Of a stretch of DNA of 64,000 bases, positions 55,105 to 64,000 are shown piece after piece (the stretch's first letter is position 1; each line of letters starts with the position of its first letter). The position numbers were made by a program, and so were the translations under genes. Source of the stretch: Phoronis australis (Eukaryota > Animalia > Phoronida); assembly GCA_002633005.1 (NCBI GenBank), contig NMRA01000463.1, positions 252,161-316,160 on the forward strand, read 5' to 3'. Under the pieces are notes generated by a model. The model had not been told where the DNA came from. It made no database searches and saw nothing but the letters and a program-made list of their open reading frames with translations.

Positions 55105-58018
55105 TGGATGTCAACCAACAAGTTAGGTGAACATCTTTCCTGGATGACAATCAACAATCACTCGCCATCTTGTGGTTGGTAGACATCCAACATAGCTTCG
55201 TAAAGATGTAAAGAGATAGATATTTGGTTAGTTGGTTGACATCCAAGATCTAATGGCTGCTCCACCTGGGCTGAGTTGCATAAAACTTTAACAGTTAGCC
55301 GCTGGATAAATTTGATTGTTGCATGACGTCAGGTGCATTGTTCAACAATAACAACGTGACGCGTGATAATTCTACGTCATTGTTGCTATACGGCGTATAA
55401 CTTTTTTGCAACTGGGCCCAGGTGGACAAAGGATCACTGGCAAGTACAGTTATGATTTAGCTAGTCGGTTGTCATCTAACATCCAATAGCTGCTCCACCT
55501 GGTAGACAATCAATCTCTGGCAGATACAGCTAACATGTACACTGTAGATACTAGGTGGTTGACATTGAACATTCAATAGCTGCCCCACCTGGTGGACAAA
55601 CGATCACTGACACACACACCTAGGATGTAGATAGTTGATTGACATCCAAAACCCAATTGCTGCTATACCTGCTGGTCTAATTATGAAGCTTTACAAAGGG
55701 ACATATACTTGGTTAACATCCAACATCCAATAGCTGTTCCACATGGTAGGCAAACGATCACTGGCAGATACAGCTAACATGTAGTTAGTAGTGATGGCAC
55801 TACCCTGAAAATGTTGACGATAACAGTGGCACCTGATGATAACTTCGGTTCGACCTAAGTTAACCGTTCATGCTGCATCGCAGCGTCGACGCTGCGCTTT
55901 TAAATCCACATGTTAGCTGCAATGTTAACTGGAGCTGTTAACTTCGGTCCACCACCGGAGTTAAGCGCTCATACTGATCGCAACTACCTAAACCATCGAC
56001 ACGTCGACGTTAGTGTGAAAAGCCCTACAACCTGCATTTTTTCAGCTGACTACCGTGGTGTTTGCTTTAAACGATAATTGTTTGTTAATGTATTTGGAAA
56101 ATTTGCCTTTATATACAGGCAGAGATATTTACTACGGTTTAGGTATCGGGTAATTGCACTTAATAGCTCACTTGCGAGTTTGTCGTTAGTCCACGTGACG
56201 TCACCGGAAAAGGGGCAAAACCCGCCATATTGCTCTTGTTTTGCCCCGAGCCTTTGCTACACACGCTAAATCTTACTAGAGTTTTTATGGTGAATTTTAC
56301 GCTTAAAACCTTAACACAACTTAAGAGATGGTAGATGGATCGTGGAATAAGTGTGAATGGACGGAGAAAATGTGAACTTCATATGTTGTGCGAAGCTGTG
56401 AACGGACTGAAACTGGAACTCAACCCGGGCAAGGCCTGAATGCCAGAGACATACAGGGGCGATAGTGTATCCCCATAAAAAGTTACTCACTTCAAAATAC
56501 AGCAAATAAAATGCAATGAAACATAAATATATGCACATGGAGCTATAATTAACGCATACCCTGACTATGGACACAATTTAGTCTGCAGATAACTTGAACA
56601 TATCCATGAAACTCGGGGTTCGCTCGTGCTTCTCTGACTGGGCTCCATTTTGAGGAAGTTACGCGAAATCATGCCTGTTGACGAACAAAAAGTCCAAGGG
56701 ACACAAATCTTACAAATTTCATTTAATATTTGCTCATGCTATTTTGCAACTGTCACGCGCCAGGTCTCGAGCTTCGCTCAGTCTCGCACTAGTCTTTGCC
56801 TCAAACTCCCCTGACTCAGTTGAAATACTTTGTGGTTATCGCGCGCGCGGTCAAAGTTAACAGTAACAACAAAGTGGAGTTAGAATTCTTCGCCAAAGTC
56901 ACCTGAATTCCGGTGGCTATGCTTCATCGAAGATATGTTTGGAAGCAGAAAGGATCACTGAAGAAAGTAAGCGCCTTTCTAGGTGATAATTTTAAGTGTA
57001 GAATGTATTTTTGACGAGGTGAAAACTTAATCAGTGAGTGGATTTCGCCTACCGCCCGTTTTAAATACACGGGACGAAATTAGTACAGAACGCTATGTAA
57101 CGTATAGTAGTGCGAATCTGAATTTCATTTGCCATAACAGCAATGCTTGTTTGGCATTTTTCGAACTAAACGGCTAAAAACTCGAAGAAAATAACATAAT
57201 ACATTCTGTTACCGTATTGGGCAAATGGCCTAACGACAAGCTTTTGCCCCACTTCCCGTGACGTCACAGTTAAGTCTCACATAATCTCTCGTTATTGTTA
57301 TAAACTCGCAAAAGGACTATTGGGTCTTTCTGCTATACAGGACAATGCCGTTATCACAACTGTAGTTTTCATTCACTGTCAATTATTACATAACTGTACA
57401 TGTATGTCTATTTGTGTTTATAGATTCAATCATGCATTGATAGTTTAAGCAGTCTAAGTGACACAATGTTTGTAAACAGAAAGTCAATTTGCCTGTAGTA
57501 AAATGGCCCTACACAATAGACTAGGTTGGGTGGGCTAACTAAATAATAATCTGTACTGTAAACACTCATAAGAGGATAAGTGAACCACTGATACCAAGGG
57601 AATTACACATGCATTTGTAACACCAGTGACAAAAAAAATGAATAGCTTTAAGATTTGACCTCCAGATGGGGTAGCTATTGGAGGTTGGATGTCAAGCAAC
57701 TAAGCAGCTGACCATCCATTTGGATAGCAATAAGATTTGACCACCAGGTGGGGAAGCGATTGGATGTTGGATGTCAACCAACTAACAAGCTGCCTCTCCC
57801 TTTGGACAGCTTCAATATTTGACCCCGAGGTGGGGCAGCTATTGGATGTTGGATGTCAATCAACTAGCAAGCTGCCTCTCCCTTTGGACAGTTTCAATAT
57901 TTGACCACCAGCTATCGGATGTCAACCAACTAACCAACTGTTTCTTGGGGTAGTTTTACTATTTGACCACAAGGTGTGGTAGAAGTTACGAGTACACCTA
58001 ATTAGTCGGTTGACATCC
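55105..58018. mobile_element. Foldback-like element with long modular inverted arms
   Basis: Left arm ~55105-55790 has ~80-bp units containing GGTTGACATCCAACATCCAATAGCTGCxCCACCTGG; right arm ~57652-58018 has the reverse-complement units; true termini and TSD not found. Confidence 0.65.
55269..55418. mobile_element. PIF/Harbinger-like MITE nested in the foldback arm
   Basis: TIR GGCTGAGTTGCA / TGCAACTGGGCC flanked by CTG and CAG (CWG target); interrupts host motif CCACCTGGTGGAC. Confidence 0.65.
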
Positions 58019-58458
58019 GTTTTATGTTCTGATATGTATGGAGCAGTTCGCATGGTGAGAATGGGGTGTAGCAGCCTTGAAAGTTATGTTGAACTGTGAG
58101 ATGATGCGAACTTGACATGGATTTGATGAATATATCGTGGTTCATGATTCTTCGCTGAAACAGCTTGGGACCGGTTCTGTCGTACTGGTGTTGTAAACAA
58201 AATGTCAAGGCGTGTTTTCAACGATGTGTGTGTAAACGAACTGGTTGACAATTCATCAACAGACCTAATTCATATTCTTTTGACATTCAAGTACGTACAC
58301 ACTTCCACGTAGTAGAAAGTCATGGTGGCAATCTCGCTTGCGCATGAAATTACTCGGGGGTTGTTTTCGTTATGTGTGCTGCAACCGAAGTTTCTCTTAC
58401 TTTTGCATGTAATACTATAACAATTACTCCTGAGAAAGAAAAATGGACATTTTCTGAG

Positions 58459-58522
58459 TAGTGGACTTTCGGATCAGTGAACTTTCGATGTAGTGAACTT
58501 TCGGACTAGGGAACCTTCAGAA
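58459..58522. repeat. Four degenerate 16-bp tandem units (TAGTGAACTTTCGGAx), probably subterminal repeats of an old transposon
   Basis: Directly visible periodicity. Confidence 0.6.
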
Positions 58523-58899
58523 TAACGTGCTGTTCCCATTTTCAGCGATTCAAGCAATGAGTAAATCCCAAAAACACAATCACATGGAAACTCATGTCAA
58601 GTCATTATCCAACTAAACATTTCCGTTCGAGTATATAATGAGGTGTAATCACTCACTTAAATACCCTTGGTTTGACACTTTGACAGGAGGTAACGTGAGA
58701 ATGTTCTAGTTATGGACCACATAAAACCGACTTCGAGTCATGTTCCTTGCGAGTAACCGCCACGGCATTTTTATTTTTGGTATTATAAATTCATTACTAA
58801 TTCAGGACGTAGAACTGAGAGCAGTCGTTGTCTTGCCTACAATTTTTCCGTCTCCATGAAATCTCTAGTGTCGAAATTTGCAAAATATCAAAGGTCACC

Positions 58900-59450
58900 T
58901 TTCATGAAATTCCAACCAACCCCCGCACAATGATGGCAACGTGCCAGCTTTAGCTTCCCCGACATTTATCTTATAGCTGTCAAAGCACAACTGACACGCA
59001 CTGGCTTTGGGAGCGATATCACCAAGTTCATGAATATTTCCTGGGGTTATAGACTTATCCACTTTTGACGAAGACAATTGCTTATCATTTGGCTTCTGCC
59101 AGTTTTCATTACGATGTGCTTTAACACTCAGACTTTTTTCCGTGGAAAATTTTGTATTTGATTCCCCAAACCTTAACAATGTCGTTCCAGTACTTGTACC
59201 TCATTTTTATGATGCTGTCGAGGGTAACAATGCTGTCACCTTCAAAAACAGTAAGAACGCTATAGTGTCTAAGGGGAATTTCCCATCTGCTATCACCCCA
59301 CTAAACTTGAACCAGGTGTTTGACATCTTTGTTGTTCTCAGGGCGTCACTCATTTATTTTATGGCACCATATTCTGATTATAAATCCGTCTCTATATCCG
59401 TTTTGCACGTTTTTGCTCGGTATATTCCTCATCTTTGATTTCTCGTTCTG
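58900..59450 (-). pseudogene. Decayed intronless ORF remnant, probably from a transposon-borne uncharacterised protein
   Basis: Across frames: GKFPLDTIAFLLFL ... KMRYKYW...KIFHGK ... ITPGNI ... LCFDSYKINVG; stops and frameshifts; family not identified with certainty. Confidence 0.4.
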
Positions 59451-60322
59451 CATTCGACGTCTACATAACTAGACTCTTGTGATCAAACACCTTTCCTCGC
59501 AGCCTTCCTCCAAAACTGTATTGGGAATTTCCCCATACATGTATATTTTTACTCTGAAACAATCCAAACCGCTGTGTGCATGCAATGTTAGATACCTAAT
59601 CCTTAGTACTTGATCACCGTGATCAGCGATGAGGTGGCCAATTACTTCAGCAAGTTATCTGTGCGAAAAAAGAAGTAACAGCACCTGGAGATAGTTGATT
59701 GGAAGATTTTGTAAAACGTTATTTTTTACATAGATTTCACTCCGTCCAATACGATTAATGTCACATCAACGACTATACTCCTTATGACCAGTCCAAACAA
59801 GTACTAGTCCCCACACAATGACATAGTACGGACACGGATTCACTTCGGAATCAAATATTGAATCTGATGATGTCTTAGAATTTCTTGCAGTATTCAAATG
59901 AAAAAAAAAACTTTCACATTAGCTACCAGGGAAGTGGATTCGAGATCAAATATTTATCAGATGTTTTTCCAGTTGTTGCACTCTATGTATCTTTGAATTC
60001 GAACCATTTTTTGATATAGTTTAGGTTGACATTTATAGATAGATCGAAACGTCACACTTTTTTTTCAAAACAAGTATAATATAAGGCACAGACACCAATC
60101 CACACCTATCTACATTTATCTCTTCATATGTGGTTTGAGTCTCGAGAATATCTGGAATTGGTATAGAAGCTTAAGAGATGTTCCCAAAGATTCGTTCGAT
60201 CGGTGAAAGCTGACCTCCGTGTTATGTACGTATTTTAAAGAATCAAGTTCTTTGTTACGGATTTTGAGCTTTTCAGTGTCGTTGTCATGGCGACAATGAG
60301 CCATCTTGCGACAACTTGGATT

Positions 60323-60329
60323 TATAAAA
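60323..60329 (+). promoter_or_regulatory. Candidate TATA box
   Basis: TATAAAA about 220 bp upstream of the signal-peptide ATG at 60542. Confidence 0.35.
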
Positions 60330-60541
60330 AGACTGTGAAGTGAGTGCGTGAGGTTTCACATGAACTTCAGTGTTATGACAGGCATTGTTATTCATCAATC
60401 AAGCATTGTTGTGTCTAATTCTATTAAAATACAATATCAATCGACTCCCTGGTGCGCGTGAACGAATTTGCATGATGTACGCTGTGGTTGGGTGTTTATT
60501 TAAGCCATAAACAAGACGCCTAATGCAGCATATTTCGAAAG

Positions 60542-60685
60542 ATGTTTGCTGTTGTGCGAGCACAGTGGTTGCAGTTTGGTTTTGTAACAGCGTTCCTGCT
60601 CACCGTCTCGATTGCTTTATCGCAAGGACAAAGTAGCGCAGGTGACAACAACATCGATGGCGACCCTCCAGCACAATTGGAAAAG
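60542..60685 (+). CDS. Probable first coding exon of a secreted protein (possibly astacin gene 3)
   Basis: MFAVVRAQWLQFGFVTAFLLTVSIALSQGQSSAGDNNIDGDPPAQLEK|gtaaaa; basic residue, hydrophobic core, small-residue cleavage region; phase 0 donor. Confidence 0.55.
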
Positions 60686-62207
60686 GTAAAACAAATGTGA
60701 GAATAAAATTGAATTAATGGTAAAACACAAATGACAGTAGGTTGTTAAAATTCACAAAAGTCTTACAAATGTGCATGGCTTCAATAAAAGATTTTGTAGA
60801 AGTTCATAGTCAACTTTGTGCCTTCAGCTACTGCTTTTCATATAAATGTTCAAGAGATCAGAAAAAAACGCTGTCGCTATAACATTTATATAATGCAAAA
60901 ATGAATCAGTATGAAATAATTCATGATAGTGAGGAACAAAGTAATACTGAATTCGAAGAACTTTTCTGTTCATTTTTTATTTCTAACGCATTCATAGCAT
61001 AAAGTTACTTAGGAACTTCTTAATTGAAGTTTGTATATACTATGCTTGATTCAATTTTCTCCAAAACTGTGAAATTGTTTTAAAAAATTGCTTTGAAACT
61101 GAATTCGTGCTTGGCTAACCGTCAAAATTGCTAAAATGTCCTCAAAATCTTTGGAAAAGGGGCCACAATTGTCTCCACATTTAGGAAGGGAAAAATAATT
61201 CACAGGGGAGCAATATAACAGTTCGCTGCGCTAAAATATGTATACCCTGAATTTATCAGAACTTTCAAATTAATCCGAAGACTTAGGCTACAATGTGGTT
61301 GTCTGCAAAAATGATCTAAGAATACTAGGCTCGCTTCAGCTGTAATCTAATGTACAAAATTATGGGTCTTGAAGTCTGTAAGGGATTAACATTCATGTAT
61401 TCGATGCTCAACATGTATTTCGACACTGTAAAAATTTTGAACTAGCCAATGATCATTTCACACCAAACACTCTTGTGTACTGCATCTTTTTTACGGTGTT
61501 CATAAGAATAAAATGCGCTGCTGTTCCGCTACCTCATAATCTGATCGTGTTTAACAGTCGTAGTGTAAGGCAACTACTCTTCTGCGAAAAATGCAGCGTC
61601 AACCCTTAATTTACATGCACACTATTTCGCTTGTTTCTATAAGGAAACCGGACAAGACAAGTGATTGGTCTGTAATCAAGCTAATCGAAATGTGGTCTTT
61701 TCTCTTAGGTATGATAGAACTTTGAGCTAAAATTAGGTATTGGAATTCATATTTATTCGGTAACAATGATATAATCATGACAGCTTAATACGGCCCATCA
61801 CCCGTACATGTACATGTACCGTGACATTGGAGGCGCAGCATTGGAAAAAGTGGGGGGCTACAGCACCCACAACCCCTTGTGGTGCGCCGCCCATGCATGA
61901 GTTGCATTCAGGTTCTAACACAACAGTTGACAGTGATAACGCAGTGCTAGTGACTGGTTGTCTTGCAGGCCGGGATCTTATGGATATTAGATTATTTCAC
62001 GGCTACAACGTCTCTACCATTGCTCTCGCCAATATCGCACGCGCGTTCACGCCAACGCTGCACCTTTTGAGGAAAATGATTCCCACCTGAAGAACACAGA
62101 TTCGGCATTTCGAACTAACCGCGAAACCGGAAGTATAACTCATTAATGCTATCAGTACACCTTTACATGTATTTTCCCTTCGCCGACATTCTTTTTTTTT
62201 CACTGTG

Positions 62208-64000
62208 ATATATATTTATTGAAGGATACAAAGAACATACAAAGAAATAATAACAAACCCAGAAACCGCGAAGCATTTTATCTGGGTTGTAAACAATTCA
62301 TCAATGAAACTTATATACATAGAGGTATATACAATTTTGTAGTATCTACAATAAGTATTCCAATACTTAGACATGCTATTGCAGATATATAAAAACAAAA
62401 ATATGTACAGATTCATGTAGGGAAATCAGATGCAACAATATTTATAAACGGTACATAAAAATTTGCCAACGTTGCTTAGGAGGAATTCGTTGAGAACAAA
62501 GTCAAGGTTAGGACTACCATTCAGTAATAATGTAACTCTAGTAGGGATATTATTACAAGACTTGAGAGCGTTAACAATTGATTGTCTATCACTGAGTGCA
62601 CGAAAGAGTGAGTCTCTCAGGGATTCGATGAGGGGACATTTGAAGAAAATATGAGGATAACATTGATGGTCACCACATTTACAGTTTGGAGAGACATTAC
62701 TAAAGTTGTGCCTGAACTTGTCAGAGTTGAGGTAAAAGCCACATCTTGATCTGTACAATGCTATTTCGTTATCACGGGTAAGGGAGAATTGAGTCAAGGG
62801 TGTTGAGTTATCAAAATTATGAAAAACAGACCTAAAATTATTTTTTATACTCGTAACCTTGAAAGTAAATGTGGACATGTGAGGATTGCGTCAAGTAGAC
62901 AGTTTGGGCCACTTGAGACTATTCAAAACCTTAACACTATTGGATCCCCTGCAAGCTCCGGTTACGAGTAAGGCGGCTTGATATTGTAACTTCTCCAAAT
63001 GTTGGAGTGCACCCGTAATTGGCAGACTGATATATAATATCACAATAATCAATGTGTGGAAGTACAAAGGATTTGAACAAACTTTCTAAACGTGTAGAAT
63101 TCAGATGACGAGAGACAAGCTTAAGTGGGTTAATTAGTTCCTGAGTTTTTTGTACGAGCTCCCGAACGTGAGGGGTGAATGAGAATTTTTCATCTAACAG
63201 TATACCCAGATGTCTGTGCGACTGTTTTCTAGGAATGATTTCATCATTAAGTTTAAGTTCATAAGACGGGTCAACAAGGAAGAGAGCATTAATAGATTTG
63301 GAGAAGGTGAGGTCAACGCTTTTTTTCTGGTTTAAAATTCATTCTCCATTCTTGTGACCAATAGCTTAGTTTATTTAAGTCGTGTTGATGCTGCAAAGAA
63401 CATTCAGGGCTGCTCCCTGCGAAGGGGTAAAACAGCGCCGTGTCATCTGCATAAAGGTATGTGCTACATGACAGGTTATCAGGAAGGTCATTAATATAAA
63501 CCAAGAAGAGAAGAGGGCCCAATACGCTACCCTGCAGTACACCTGCGTTTACAAATCCAGGAGGGGATAAAGTTGAAAGTACGCCATCGACACGAACACT
63601 GTATGTTCTTTCGGAGAGATATGAGGTGATCATGTTTAAAAGATTACCAGTAATGCCATAGGATCGAAGTTTGTGAAGGAGAAGGTCGTGAGGGACACAG
63701 TCGAAAGCAGAAGCTATATCTAGAAAAATGGATCTGACAATCTCGCCCTTCTCAAAATGTAAATGAATCTCATGTACTATTTCAACAAGTTGTGCCACGG
63801 TGCTGTTCCCACGCAAAAACCAAATTGACGATGATTTATCAAGTTGTTTTGTTTGAGAAATGTAAGAATACTTTGAGCAATGATATTCTCAAAGATTTTG
63901 GATAGGGAGTTAAGTAATGATTTTGGGCGATAATTTGAAATTTCAGTTTTGGAGCCTTTTTTGTGTATAGGGACCATAATTCCATGTTTCCAAGAAGACG
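62208..64000 (-). mobile_element. CR1-like LINE (RT and 3' end), running off the window
   Basis: NYRPxSLL, QFGF, FLDIASAFDCVPH, GVLQGSVLGPLLFLVYINDL, YADD, HLGILLD, C-terminal CKCG...HIFFKCP; minus-strand AATAAA followed by (TA)n at ~62208-62220; frameshifts. Confidence 0.9.

Noticed and set aside
55200-58000. CRISPR-like repeat-spacer array
   Set aside because: Eukaryotic context, degenerate repeats, inter-repeat segments similar to each other, no cas genes
61424-61498. Tiny CACTGTAAAAA...TTTTTACGGTG inverted-end element
   Set aside because: Could be a CACTA-type MITE remnant, but only about 11 bp of imperfect TIR and no TSD

Overview
This is AT-rich, intron-rich animal genomic DNA, probably from a marine invertebrate (inferred from gene and repeat types); most ORFs in the supplied track are noise. 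The main feature is a tandem cluster of + strand astacin (M12A) metalloprotease genes. Gene 1 (exons from 2103 to 36395, 5' end not resolved) reads astacin-EGF-CUB-Thr/Pro linker-MAM-MAM, with two apparent 1-bp frame defects in the CUB exons. Gene 2 (45886-47738) has propeptide and N-terminal catalytic-domain exons, but I found no HEXXH exon. A signal-peptide first exon at 60542-60685 may start a third gene. Introns and intergenic DNA hold many mobile elements: a solo LTR, a decayed Gypsy integrase, Helentron-like non-autonomous elements, a TA-flanked TIR element spanning an assembly gap, a three-gene Polinton/Maverick (adintovirus-like) fossil, two RTE-X-like LINEs, a CR1-like LINE, a foldback-like element, MITEs and a tRNA-derived SINE head. 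The most unusual signal is a large excess of the palindrome TACATGTA. One copy appears to be a 6-bp insertion at a TA inside a LINE ORF, consistent with DNA-transposon excision footprints. All calls come from reading and translating by eye; no database searches were run.
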